A program made the translations under genes and the position numbers. Under the pieces are notes generated by a model. It saw nothing but the letters and a program-made list of their open reading frames with translations. It made no database searches and was not told the DNA's origin. Positions 8,285 through 18,092 of a stretch of DNA of 64,000 nt are shown piece after piece. Numbering within the stretch: the first letter of the stretch is position 1; every line of letters begins with the position of its first letter. Source of the DNA: an uncultured Pseudanabaenaceae cyanobacterium (GTDB lineage Bacteria; Cyanobacteriota; Cyanobacteriia; PCC-9006; JAAUQQ01); NCBI GenBank assembly GCA_937949725.1, contig CALECT010000074.1, positions 7,683-71,682 of the forward strand, read 5' to 3'.

Positions 8285-10381
8285 TCAAGATCCCAACGCT
8301 CCTTCAAGAACCATCGCCCGAGCAGCCTCACGGTCCACACCATCGGACAGTAAACGACCTTGGGCATAAGTACATTTGAGGGCTTTCAAGTGGCTCAGTT
8401 GCTTATCAAACTCAATCCCCTCGGCCACCGTCTCCAAGCCTAAGCTCTGGGCTAAAGCAACAATACTGCGAATAATTTCCTCGTTTTCTCGACTATCTTG
8501 CATGTGAGACACAAAGGAACGGTCGATTTTAATGCCATGGATGGGCAAACGGTGAAGATAACTCAAGGAGGAGTAGCCCGTACCAAAGTCATCCAAACTT
8601 AATCGCACACCTAATGCTCGCAAGGCATGGAGGTTTTCTTCCAGAATCGGAGCCTCATCAATGATCGTCTCTTCCAGGATTTCTAAGGTGAGTCGATGGG
8701 GCTGAAGCTCATACCGAATTAACAAGCCTTGAACAAAAGGCACCAAGTCTGGCTGGGCTAAACTAATGCGGGAGAGGTTGACATGAATTCCCAAGGGATT
8801 GTCATCGTCCAAATCAGGCTGCCATTGGGCGAGAGTTTGGCAAGCCTGGAGCATCACCCAACGATCAATATCAATTAGCTGACCAATGTTCTCAGCTTCG
8901 GGCAAGAAATCCTGGGGCCACAGTAAGCCACGCTGGGGATGCTGCCAGCGAACCAAGGCTTCGAACGCCTGGGGCACAGTTGTCTCCTCAACATCACTCA
9001 AGGGGAAAATAGGCTGATAGTGCAGGCGCAGTTCACCGCTGGGAATTGCTTGGCGTAGGTCCATCTCTAAATTGAGTCGAGCGATCGCCGCATGCTGCAT
9101 TTCCTCTCCAAACACCACAACAGCATCACTCCCCTGCTGCTTAGCCTGGTACATCGCAATATCTGCCTGGGTCAGCAGCTGGCTAAAGTTTAGCCCCCGT
9201 ACCGCCCCCTTCACCGGGGCAATGCCCAAGCTGGCACCAATCAAAATACTTTTGCCCTTGAGATGGAAGGGGTGACGCAACCGCTGAAGCATGCGCTCGG
9301 CAACAACCTTGGCATCATCCAAAGAGCGAGGATGGAGCAAAATGGCGAACTCATCTCCCCCCAGTCGCGCGACCAAATCTTGCTGCCGCAAACAATCCTT
9401 TAGACGACGACCCACCTCAATCAATAATGAATCGCCCAGGTCGTGCCCCAAGCTATCGTTCACATCTTTAAAACCATTGAGGTCGAGGTAGATTAACGCC
9501 AGGTCTTCACAGCGATCCACATCGGCCAAAATGCGATCGCCCACAGCGTACATTTGGCGACGATTGGCAAGGCCCGTCAACATATCAGCATAGGCCAGAC
9601 GATGAATCTCTTGGTTGCGATCGCGGCGATTACATTCACTGCGCCACAGCAACCAAATCATACTGCCAGCCAAGCCACTCAGGCCCAGCATGACGCCTAT
9701 ACTCGATTGGATTTGACCATAGGTCCCATTGGCTCGCATAAGTTCCGGCAACATTGCAGAGATCCCAATCGTCCAAGTCTGCTCTGCTTCAGTCCCCGAA
9801 AAGACCTCAACCGGAGTCCAAGCTGCAATCTCGCGCCCAGCATCCTGGGTAAAGGGCTCCCACCAGGCAGTCGACCCCATAGCCTTTTGAGGCTCCCAGA
9901 TATACCAATCGACGCCCTCCTGTGCGGCCATAACAGAAGCCGTCATATCCTCGTAGTGAGAAGCACCATTAATACGCTGCATGGCAAAGATCTCCGCCAT
10001 GCTCTTCCCGCGATAGGCTTCAGGAAAATCCTCGCTTCGATCAAAAACCACATGGGTCGGCGCATAAATCCAAGCATCGCCTAGCTCCCCCACTCCCAAA
10101 GGCGCAACAAATTTTTCCAGCAGCTCTTGTTCGATATCAGCCAATGCTGCTTCAGGATTCTGCTCCAGCTGCTGTTCCACATATAGGCTTGCAGAACGGG
10201 CAGCACCTCTAACGACCTCCAGCTGAGCCTGCTGATAAATCGAAACCGTATTATTTTCCAGGACCTTACTTTCTTCGACCAGGCTAGACCACCCCAAAGC
10301 CATCAAGCTAATGGGCGCTAAAGCAACTAGGGGGAAACGAACCTTGTGAAGGTAGCGCTGGAGGTGACGTTTGAATTTCAA
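8285..10381 (-). CDS. Membrane sensor diguanylate cyclase/phosphodiesterase (periplasmic sensor-GGDEF-EAL)
   Basis: Two TM segments flank a periplasmic region of about 230 aa. GGDEF motif RLGGDEFAILL. EAL-domain motifs FEALVRWQHP and DDFGTGYSSLSYL. The track start is a TTG. Confidence 0.9.
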   Translation of the reverse strand: MKFKRHLQRYLHKVRFPLVALAPISLMALGWSSLVEESKVLENNTVSIYQQAQLEVVRGAARSASLYVEQQLEQNPEAALADIEQELLEKFVAPLGVGELGDAWIYAPTHVVFDRSEDFPEAYRGKSMAEIFAMQRINGASHYEDMTASVMAAQEGVDWYIWEPQKAMGSTAWWEPFTQDAGREIAAWTPVEVFSGTEAEQTWTIGISAMLPELMRANGTYGQIQSSIGVMLGLSGLAGSMIWLLWRSECNRRDRNQEIHRLAYADMLTGLANRRQMYAVGDRILADVDRCEDLALIYLDLNGFKDVNDSLGHDLGDSLLIEVGRRLKDCLRQQDLVARLGGDEFAILLHPRSLDDAKVVAERMLQRLRHPFHLKGKSILIGASLGIAPVKGAVRGLNFSQLLTQADIAMYQAKQQGSDAVVVFGEEMQHAAIARLNLEMDLRQAIPSGELRLHYQPIFPLSDVEETTVPQAFEALVRWQHPQRGLLWPQDFLPEAENIGQLIDIDRWVMLQACQTLAQWQPDLDDDNPLGIHVNLSRISLAQPDLVPFVQGLLIRYELQPHRLTLEILEETIIDEAPILEENLHALRALGVRLSLDDFGTGYSSLSYLHRLPIHGIKIDRSFVSHMQDSRENEEIIRSIVALAQSLGLETVAEGIEFDKQLSHLKALKCTYAQGRLLSDGVDREAARAMVLEGALGS

Positions 10382-10895
10382 GGGTCACAGCCTTCGGGTA
10401 GATGGCAAATTGCCTAAACACAACACCAGTTACTTCCATGAACCGACGAAGGGCCAACGAAATGCCTATGACAACAGGGGACAAAAAACGAACTCTGCGG
10501 CTTGCAAAAAAAAGCAAAAATCCAGAGTCGTTTAACTTGGCTTCACTGTAGGGGCAAATGAAGCCGTTTTAAAATGCCTTCACCCCTCACCCCATAAGGA
10601 TTTACTTTACTTATAGATGCAAGAATATTGCTGAAGAAAAGTGATGGAGCAGTCTTCATTGACTGAACGTCAACCTCAAAGCTGATTTATTTTTTTGAGA
10701 GGGGTGAGACCCCACACCCAGTCCAAGCATTCCAGAGAAGCCCTTGTCACAGCTCCAATTGTAGATATCACGGTGAATCAAGCCAAAAAGTCGCTCTATC
10801 GTGAACAATCTAGGCGCGATTCGATTGATGAAGTTGAACCCAGGCTACAAGGGTGAATACTGTCATCCCTATCATCCCAACCTCAGAAGAAGCGG

Positions 10896-12590
10896 TTATA
10901 AACTCGCCACATTCGCTGCGCTACTCGGCAACTCCTGCAACGAAGCCGCCGCCGCCTCCAAGGCCACAAGACGAGAATCCATTTGATGGCTGGGGGGCAA
11001 TAGCTCCATCACGCGCAAACGCTGAAGGCGGCGGCGAATACGACCTGTGGCTCCCACCAAAAAGACTTCCCGCTTCTTAGAACGAGCTTCTTTAACCATG
11101 GTTTCGATCGCCAAGGAAGCCGTCACCCCCAGCAGGGGCACATCGCTCACATCCAGAATCAGCACGTCATAGTCTTTGACAATGGCCATGCGACGAGAAA
11201 TGGCCTTAGCTGCGCCAAAGCTCATGGGGCCACCTAGACGAAACAGCATGATGCGGCCATGGGCATCACCGAGCAGTTCTCGCTCGCGATCGCTCAACAG
11301 CTCATCATCCGCCGGATCAGTCACGGCCCGGACCTGCTCCATCTGCAACTCAGTCAGGCTTTGCAGGGTCAGAACATTAGCCACGAACATACCCACGCCC
11401 ACGGCCAAGACCAGATTGACAAAGGCCGTCAAGAACATGACCCCATACATAATCCCCGTGGCTCTCCAGGAAATACGATGGGCTCGCAGCAAAAAGCCCC
11501 AGTCGATAATATCCACCCCCACCTTGATTAAGATGCCTGCCAACACCGTTAAGGGAATGGCAGAGGTTAACCCGCCTGCCCCGAGGGTGATGATCAGCAA
11601 GACAACGGCATGGAACATGCCAGACAGGCGAGTTTTTCCACCCGCTTGGGAATTAATCACGGTGCGCATGGTGGCCCCTGCTCCAGGCAAGCCCCCCATC
11701 GCACCAGAAATACAGTTACCAATCCCCTGACCAATCAGTTCCCGGTCAGAGTCATGCTGAGTGCGAGTAATATTATCGGCAACGAGAGAAGTTAAAAGCG
11801 AATCAATCGCCCCCAAGGTCCCCAACATGATGCCGTAACTCAAGAGCGGCTTAACATCCTCCCAGCCCACTTTGGGAAACTGAGGCGTGGGCAGGCCTGA
11901 CGGGATCTCGCCAATGCGAGGCAAGCTCTCCGCGCCCGGCAAGCTCTGGGAAACAAGCGTGCAAATGACGAGGGCTAGGAGTGGGGCAGGCACAATTCGA
12001 TTGAGGCGAGCCGGGGAGCAAAAAACAATGAGCAGGGTCAAAATCCCCAAGCCAATCGCTGCTAGATTCGTCTGGGGGATGAGTCCTGGCAAAGCCTGAA
12101 GCGTTTCCCAAACGGTTCCCTTAAAATCCAGGCCTAGGAGGGGAACCAACTGAGGCACGATAATCAGCACCCCAATACCGGACATAAAGCCCGAAATCAC
12201 GGTGTAAGGAATTAAGGTGATGTACTTGCCCAGGCGCAAGACACCACAAAGAATTTGAAACAGCCCTGCCAGGATGACCACAGCAAAGGCGAGGGCCACA
12301 GCTCGCAAGGGCTCGTCGGGATGAAGCGCGACGAGTCCCGCTAGGACCGTATTCGCCATGAAGGCTGCCATGGGGCCGGTTGGGCCGGAAACCTGAGAGG
12401 GAGTTCCCCCAAAGAAAGCCGCAAAAAAACCAACAAAAATAGCGCCATACAGGCCGGCGATCGCGCCTCCTTCCAGCCCAGAAGAAACACCAAACGCCAA
12501 AGCCAAGGGTAGGGCAACGACCGCCGCCGTTAAGCCACCAAAAAAATCTCCCCGCAGATGACGCAAATCGAAGCCTTGGACCAACTGCAT
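10896..12590 (-). CDS. SulP-family inorganic anion transporter with C-terminal STAS domain (BicA-like)
   Basis: N-terminus GDFFGGLTAAVVALPLALAFG, many TM helices, STAS region IMLFRLGGPMSFGAAK...VLILDVSDVPLLGVTASLAIE. The overall pattern resembles cyanobacterial BicA-type bicarbonate transporters as I recall them. Substrate cannot be proven from sequence. Confidence 0.9.
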   Translation of the reverse strand: MQLVQGFDLRHLRGDFFGGLTAAVVALPLALAFGVSSGLEGGAIAGLYGAIFVGFFAAFFGGTPSQVSGPTGPMAAFMANTVLAGLVALHPDEPLRAVALAFAVVILAGLFQILCGVLRLGKYITLIPYTVISGFMSGIGVLIIVPQLVPLLGLDFKGTVWETLQALPGLIPQTNLAAIGLGILTLLIVFCSPARLNRIVPAPLLALVICTLVSQSLPGAESLPRIGEIPSGLPTPQFPKVGWEDVKPLLSYGIMLGTLGAIDSLLTSLVADNITRTQHDSDRELIGQGIGNCISGAMGGLPGAGATMRTVINSQAGGKTRLSGMFHAVVLLIITLGAGGLTSAIPLTVLAGILIKVGVDIIDWGFLLRAHRISWRATGIMYGVMFLTAFVNLVLAVGVGMFVANVLTLQSLTELQMEQVRAVTDPADDELLSDRERELLGDAHGRIMLFRLGGPMSFGAAKAISRRMAIVKDYDVLILDVSDVPLLGVTASLAIETMVKEARSKKREVFLVGATGRIRRRLQRLRVMELLPPSHQMDSRLVALEAAAASLQELPSSAANVASL

Positions 12591-12825
12591 AGGGTTCTCC
12601 AGAGAAACGATCTGGCTCCAGCGCCTCGGATTGTTACCAAAGGGATGTGGCCAAATCTGACTGTTACAAAATCAGCCATAAGACTGACTCCGAGCAGAGA
12701 TGAAACAGCAGGATATTCGCATCGACTCCTTGCCATTCAGGGTTGCAGTGTAACCGATGAATTTCCCCTGGGCTGATCCCTTTAGAATTCGATTGTTTTG
12801 TCCTTAATCTGGGTTTTGGAGACTC

Positions 12826-13470
12826 CTACACCGCCTGTGCCATCACGGCATAGAAGGGATCACCGCCAGGCAAGCCAAACATCTGAAAAATGGCACTGGC
12901 CCCACCCGTCTTAGACTGAACTTCTGGCTCACTAAAGCCTGGCGTCTGCGTAAAGTATTGCTTCACCAACTCCACTCGATCTGCTTCGGAGCCATCTCGC
13001 CAGGCCGCGATCGCTTTTTGATAGAACATGCGATTAGAAAAGCTAAAGATTGCGATCCCGCCGGGCTTAAGAATCCGCCGCACCTCGGCAAAGACGAGTT
13101 CGGGCTGCTGCAAGTACTGGACTGAAACGGTATTCAGCACTGCATCAAAGCTGTTGTCTTCCAAGGGCAGCTTGGGATCTTCATTCAGGTTCTGGACAAA
13201 GTAATGGTCCAACCGCTTGTTGCGAGCTAACTCCTCGGCATTCATGCCATGGCCTTCCACATGGTCAAAGGTTATCTCCGACGGTAAGTGAGACACCCAG
13301 CTACTCATCATGTCGAGGACACGAGTATGGGGAGAGAGATGAGCGCCATATAGCTCCGTTAACTGAGCAATAAAACCCTCGTCCACATGGGTCACAAAGC
13401 GGGGCGCATCATAAAACAGCAAATCATTGCTGGGATCCAGCTTGGTGCGCTGGGTGGCATCGAGGAGCAT
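12826..13470 (-). CDS. Class I SAM-dependent methyltransferase (Methyltransf_11-like)
   Basis: VLDMMSSWVSHL and ILKPGGIAIFSFSN motifs. ATG 13470 (MLLDATQ...) preferred over TTG 13488. Confidence 0.8.
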   Translation of the reverse strand: MLLDATQRTKLDPSNDLLFYDAPRFVTHVDEGFIAQLTELYGAHLSPHTRVLDMMSSWVSHLPSEITFDHVEGHGMNAEELARNKRLDHYFVQNLNEDPKLPLEDNSFDAVLNTVSVQYLQQPELVFAEVRRILKPGGIAIFSFSNRMFYQKAIAAWRDGSEADRVELVKQYFTQTPGFSEPEVQSKTGGASAIFQMFGLPGGDPFYAVMAQAV

Positions 13471-13710
13471 AGTCAGGGGAAATCGCAATGGGCTTCAGCT
13501 TCAGTTTAGTGAGATCCGTGAAGCAGGGTGTTACCCCAGCAAAGTCCAGGGCTAAACGCTAAGACGAAATTAAATTCTGGGAAGGTAAAACCCAAATCGT
13601 GAATTTTTTGCAATGAAGTTGGCTGCAAAGCCTGATTTTCCCGATTTTTAGGGAGAGAGCTTGTTGTTCTATTTGTTAGGTTCAAATCACTCCCCAGCAA
13701 CTGAGACAAG

Positions 13711-15477
13711 ATGAAGCGTTTGGCACTGCTCCTGCTCTTCCTATGTGGCATAGGTTGGGCGCTTTTTAATTTTCATGGCTTAGAAAGTCAGGGCGAATTC
13801 AGCTCGATTGTTTTAGATTTTCGAGAGGATATTAGCGAAAGCCAGTTGGAGCAGGATTTAGCCAGTCTCAGCAACGATTTCAAGCTGAAGCCTCGCTACA
13901 ACAGTGAGTTCTCCCTGGATGATCACCTCGTCATCGTCGAGGGCGATCAGTCTCTGCTCAAGGCCCTACGCGTCTCAGCCCTGAGCAAAGCCACGGAATA
14001 CATCGAACCCAACTACAACTACAAGGCTTCCTTCGCACCCAACGACCCGGACTTCAGTCGCCAGTGGAACCTCAAGAGCATCGGCATGACCGAAGCCTGG
14101 CAGACCAGTCGTGGCAAGGGCGTCACCGTCGCAGTGATTGATACCGGCGTAAGCCGCGTCTCCGACCTCAAAAAAACCAACCTTGTCGGGGGCTACGACT
14201 TCGTTAACGATCGCCGGGATGCCAGCGACGATAATGGTCATGGCACCCATGTGGCAGGCACCGTTGCCCAATCCACCAATAACAATCATGGCGTTGCAGG
14301 CATTGCCTACGAAGCCAACATCATGCCCCTCAAGGTTTTGGCTGCCAGTGGCGGTGGCACTACCTCTGACATTGCCGAGGCGATTCGGTTTGCAGCGGAT
14401 CACAAGGCCGATGTCATCAACATGAGCTTGGGTGGCGGTGGCTTTAGTGAAGCCATGGACGAAGCGATCGCCTACGCCCATAACAAAGGCGTCACCATCG
14501 TTGCCGCCGCCGGTAACGCCGGTCGCAATGCCGCTGAGTTCCCCGGTCGCTACAACCATGTCATTGCCGTCTCTGCCACGGGGCCGGATGGGCAAAAGGC
14601 AGGCTATTCCAACTACGGTGCCGGGGTGGACATTGCTGCGCCGGGGGGAGTGGTGAGTTCTAGCGATAGCACCACCGGTATTTTGCAAAACACCGTGGAT
14701 GCCAAAACGGGCAAGTCCATCTTCGAATATTTCCAGGGCACCAGCATGGCATCGCCCCACGTGGCCGGTGTCGCTGCGCTGATTCATGCCCAAGGTATCC
14801 AAAACCCAGACCAAATTGAACGCATCCTGACCCAGTCAGCCACCAAAGTCGAAAAAGACCCGCTGAATAATTTTGGGGCTGGCCAGCTCAATGCCGCCGC
14901 TGCCGTCTCCCTAGCTGCGAATCAGAACGCGGCAGTTCATCTAGATATCAATCGCAGTTTTGCTTCTAGGCGTTGGCTGTTCCGGTTTAATCCCCAAGCG
15001 ATGCAGTTACTACCCAAGCTACTCATGCTGGGTCTAGCCTGGGTGCTGTCCACAACGGTGAAGGATGGACTGCCGCGCCGTTGGAGCTGGAGCCTTTTGG
15101 CCGGGGTCGTTCTGGGAAGCTGTGGCCTGTTCTTTTTCAAAGGGCTGTACTTTGCCGATTGTCCCCAATGGCCGCTGCGCCTCATCGGTAGCTCTATAGC
15201 GGAGTGGGGCACGGTTTTCCGAGGCGGGTTTGCTGTGAATCCCATTACAGCTAGCGCCTTGGTGCCGTTCCTATTGATGGCTGCTCTGCTAGGTCATCCC
15301 AGTGGCAAGTGGTTTGCTGTGGGTAGCGGCTTAGGAATGACTGGGGCATTGACGGTGTATGGCCTGTTCATGCCCAATTTGGTTTGGCTTGGCTCGCATC
15401 CTATTTCGCGGATTTATCTGCTGGTGAATGCGGTGCTTTGTTACGCGCTGGTAAGGCTGGCCACCAGGCAAGAATAG
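13711..15477 (+). CDS. S8-family subtilisin-like serine peptidase with C-terminal polytopic membrane domain
   Basis: Signal peptide. Catalytic motifs VAVIDTGV (Asp), HGTHVAGT (His), GTSMASPHVAG (Ser). The last 170 aa or so contain about five hydrophobic helices. Confidence 0.9.
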   Translation: MKRLALLLLFLCGIGWALFNFHGLESQGEFSSIVLDFREDISESQLEQDLASLSNDFKLKPRYNSEFSLDDHLVIVEGDQSLLKALRVSALSKATEYIEPNYNYKASFAPNDPDFSRQWNLKSIGMTEAWQTSRGKGVTVAVIDTGVSRVSDLKKTNLVGGYDFVNDRRDASDDNGHGTHVAGTVAQSTNNNHGVAGIAYEANIMPLKVLAASGGGTTSDIAEAIRFAADHKADVINMSLGGGGFSEAMDEAIAYAHNKGVTIVAAAGNAGRNAAEFPGRYNHVIAVSATGPDGQKAGYSNYGAGVDIAAPGGVVSSSDSTTGILQNTVDAKTGKSIFEYFQGTSMASPHVAGVAALIHAQGIQNPDQIERILTQSATKVEKDPLNNFGAGQLNAAAAVSLAANQNAAVHLDINRSFASRRWLFRFNPQAMQLLPKLLMLGLAWVLSTTVKDGLPRRWSWSLLAGVVLGSCGLFFFKGLYFADCPQWPLRLIGSSIAEWGTVFRGGFAVNPITASALVPFLLMAALLGHPSGKWFAVGSGLGMTGALTVYGLFMPNLVWLGSHPISRIYLLVNAVLCYALVRLATRQE

Positions 15478-15491
15478 ACTAGGCGGGTGAT

Positions 15492-15524
15492 CAGACTGGC
15501 CATGGCAATGCCATGGCCAGTCTG
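15492..15524 (+). terminator. 33-nt near-perfect palindrome (hairpin) immediately after the S8 peptidase gene; member of the CATGGCAATGCCATG hairpin family
   Basis: cagactggccatggcaatgccatggccagtctg has 16-nt arms that are exact reverse complements. There is no clear U-tract, so terminator function is inferred from position only. Confidence 0.5.
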
Positions 15525-15548
15525 AGTTCGGCAGCCCAACAGCCGACC

Positions 15549-15705
15549 TCTTTCCCTACCCCTTACTCCTAAAGGAGCAAGGGAACCTGAAGCAAAAACG
15601 AGGATTTCAGTCTTTGCTTTTTCCCGCTCCTCTGGAAGAGGGGGTGGGCTTCACCCCACCTAGGCCGAATGAGAAAAGGATATATTCCTCTCATCGAACT
15701 CAAGC
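15549..15705 (+). repeat. Dispersed element of about 155 bp (MITE-like), copy 1
   Basis: Aligns by eye over its full length with 52079-52229 in the same orientation (cttactcctaaaggagcaagggaacctgaagcaaaaacg... versus cttaactcctaaggtcgcaaggaaacctgaggcaaaaacg..., through ...ccgaatgag.aaggat.tatt..c...gaactcaag). Related shorter copies at 26205-26316 and 54241-54326. Confidence 0.8.
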
Positions 15706-15753
15706 ATGTCCCTACGTTGCATCATTACTTTCTGACATAGAGCATCTCTCCCC

Positions 15754-15978
15754 ATGGCAACTCAAACCCTTGAAGGCAAGCTGGAACGCAAGCCTTTTGG
15801 CCCGAATACCTGGGCCTTGATCACCGCAGATGAAACCTATGAGCTGCTGGACCCAGATCCCAAGCTCCAACAGGAAGGCAAGCAGGCCAAGGTCACGGGG
15901 CAGGTGCGGGGCGATGTCATGACGATGGCCATGATTGGCCCCGTCTTTGAGGTCACTAGCTTCGAGATCCTGGATTAG
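15754..15978 (+). CDS. Small conserved hypothetical protein (74 aa)
   Basis: ATG-initiated ORF with HIP1-type composition. No motif recognised. Confidence 0.55.
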   Translation: MATQTLEGKLERKPFGPNTWALITADETYELLDPDPKLQQEGKQAKVTGQVRGDVMTMAMIGPVFEVTSFEILD

Positions 15979-15981
15979 AGC

Positions 15982-17103
15982 CTAGACCAAACTCTTGCGC
16001 AACCAAGCTTCGGTCCGCTCACCCATAGCCGCAAGGGAATATTTTGCCTCCGTTTGGGCACGACAGGTGACTCGGTCAATGCGGTCTAGTTTTGCGATCG
16101 CCCCCACCAGTCCCTCCACCGAATCGGGCTCAACCAAGTACCCCGTCAACCCATCCTCAATAATTTCCAGCGGTCCACCCCGCCCATAGGAAATCACGGG
16201 CACGCCGCAAGCCAAAGCTTCAATCGCCACATTGCCAAAGGCCTCCACCCACTTGGGCGTCATCACTAGCCCCTGACAATATCCCAGTTGCTGCTGCAAT
16301 TCATCTGTGGAAAGGAAGCCACAGTATTCGATAGGGGCATCGGGATAACGCTGCTGGATCTCAGCCCAGTAATCGGGGTGTTCCATGGCTCCCCATATTT
16401 TTAACGGCGTTTGGGTTTGAGCGATCGCAGCCACCGCATCTTCCAGGCCTTTTTCTGGCGCAATGCGTCCCACCCAGCCCAATTGAGCTTTAGCGTTAGG
16501 TTGGAATTGGTAACGAGACAGGTCAAAACCATTGGCAAGGATGGTGCAACGCTGGGAGAAGTGGGCGATTCCATCGGAAGCTTGCGTAGCAATCGCCTCA
16601 AACGTCTCAGCCTGAATGCCGCTATGGACTGCAATGCAATGGGGAAAGCGGTCCAAGGTTTGCTCAATAATGCAATCCATGGCTTCTGTCAGCGAGCCCA
16701 TACTGATCAGATGGACAACGGGCGTCTCAAAAAAAGGCGTGAGATACAGCGGCAGCCAGTCATAGGCAAAATTGAGAATGATGTCATAGTCCCCCTGCAT
16801 CTGCCGCGCCTGCTCCCAAAGATTGGCGATCACAGCATCCGCAGGCATTTCTACCTTAGCCGCCCGTCCCTGGGCTTGGGCTGTGGATTGGAGTTGTCCA
16901 GGCACCTGATAAATATTTAGCCCATCGCAACTTGAGTCCATTGGAGCCAAAACGTTGACCAGATGACCGCGCAACTGAAGCGCCTTAGCCAAATTTGCCA
17001 GTGTGAGCTCCACCCCACCGCCCATGCCTGTGCCCAATGGCCCAACGGAAGTAGAAACAAATAGGGCTTTGAGGACTGGGAGATTCGAAGACTCGGCGGA
17101 CAT
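15982..17103 (-). CDS. Glycosyltransferase family 4 (GT-B fold)
   Basis: C-terminal sugar-donor region EAFGNVAIEALACGVPVISYGRGGPLEIIEDGLTGYLV. N-terminal LFVSTSVGPLGTGMGGGVE. ATG 17103 preferred over the longer track ORF. Confidence 0.85.
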   Translation of the reverse strand: MSAESSNLPVLKALFVSTSVGPLGTGMGGGVELTLANLAKALQLRGHLVNVLAPMDSSCDGLNIYQVPGQLQSTAQAQGRAAKVEMPADAVIANLWEQARQMQGDYDIILNFAYDWLPLYLTPFFETPVVHLISMGSLTEAMDCIIEQTLDRFPHCIAVHSGIQAETFEAIATQASDGIAHFSQRCTILANGFDLSRYQFQPNAKAQLGWVGRIAPEKGLEDAVAAIAQTQTPLKIWGAMEHPDYWAEIQQRYPDAPIEYCGFLSTDELQQQLGYCQGLVMTPKWVEAFGNVAIEALACGVPVISYGRGGPLEIIEDGLTGYLVEPDSVEGLVGAIAKLDRIDRVTCRAQTEAKYSLAAMGERTEAWLRKSLV

Positions 17104-17270
17104 AGAAACGTTCAGTGAGGGTTCTAAATCTGGGCTAGATTCAGCCAGCCCCATTGTTCCATGGTGCAGGCGAACGACAGAGAAGAACGATGACTTGCTC
17201 ACGCGCGTCCATCGGCAAGCAGCAGTGGAAGTTGGGATGAGGCCATCGCCGCCTGAAGAGATCGCCCCCC

Positions 17271-18092
17271 TTACTCAGGCTGACAACAGGGGCAAAAATA
17301 TGCTCGTCTTCCTGCCAAAGTGACCTTTTCAATTTTTGTCCCGCAAACATGGCAGGACTGACCCGCTCGGCTAAACACCCAGTGGCGATAGTCCCTTCTA
17401 CGCCAGCCTCGCTCCTTCAGCTCTGTCGCGATCGCCAAGTCATTGGTAATGCCGCCCGTCTCATAGGATTGCCGAGATAGCGAGATCGCAGCCTGCCCCA
17501 GCGCCACCAGCTGCTCCTCTGTACAATCCATCGGTCGTTTATTGGGATAGACCCTTGCCACAAAGGCAATTTCACTCCGTAGATAGTTTCCGAGACCACA
17601 GAGAAAATGTTGGTTGAGCAACAGGCCTGCAAAGCGGCGGCGGCGAAAGCGATCGCTCCTCACCTGTTCCAACACCTCAGCCTCGGTCGTTTGGGGATTG
17701 ACCACATCTGGTCCCAGCTTGCTGAGAAAAGGATGGGCAGCGATTTCTTCTGGGGCCAGGATTTCAATCTCTGAGGCGCTGTACAGCAGGGCAGACTTCT
17801 TCTCGGTGTGGAACGCCATGCGCAATTGGCGATTGGTATCCGGGAAATTCTGGGCCCTGCGCACCATCCAGATCCCGTACAGCTGATTGTGGCTGTAAAC
17901 ACTCAGCCCCCCGTCAAATTGGGTCAAAAGCGCCTTACCGTAGGGCTCCAATGCGACAATTTTCTGCTGTTGGAACAACGATTCGTAGGCTTTGAGATGC
18001 TCAAAGGCAAAAAAGACTTCCGTCAGAGGCTTATTAACAACAGCCTTGGCAATTTTGTCCGCAGCACGGCGAATTTCGGGGCCTTCGGGCAT
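17271..18092 (-). CDS. nei: Endonuclease VIII (Fpg/Nei-family DNA glycosylase/AP lyase)
   Basis: N-terminus MPEGPEIRRAADKI..., SHNQLYGIW, LLYSASEIEIL, GLGNYLRSEI, and C-terminal zinc finger CHVCGTKIEKVTLAGRRAYFCPCCQ. Collinear with E. coli Nei as I recall it. Confidence 0.9.
   Translation of the reverse strand: MPEGPEIRRAADKIAKAVVNKPLTEVFFAFEHLKAYESLFQQQKIVALEPYGKALLTQFDGGLSVYSHNQLYGIWMVRRAQNFPDTNRQLRMAFHTEKKSALLYSASEIEILAPEEIAAHPFLSKLGPDVVNPQTTEAEVLEQVRSDRFRRRRFAGLLLNQHFLCGLGNYLRSEIAFVARVYPNKRPMDCTEEQLVALGQAAISLSRQSYETGGITNDLAIATELKERGWRRRDYRHWVFSRAGQSCHVCGTKIEKVTLAGRRAYFCPCCQPE

Noticed and set aside
10560-10710. Terminator or inverted repeat downstream of the SulP gene (tcacccctc ... gaggggtga, and cctcaaa...tttgagagg with a T-run).
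   Set aside because: The stems are short or bulged and about 110 nt apart. The T-run is on the strand opposite to the upstream gene. Support is too weak to call a feature.
13975-14814. 279-aa antisense ORF inside the S8 peptidase gene. Similar long shadow ORFs are 9554..10084, 11176..11730, 16411..16920, 21560..22039, 34999..35502, 35304..35846, 38184..38735, 50408..50884, 50984..51397, 51180..51596 and 55208..55720.
   Set aside because: Each lies opposite a gene with clear catalytic motifs. Their translations are Arg/Gly/Pro-rich low-complexity sequence typical of stop-poor frames in GC-rich DNA.
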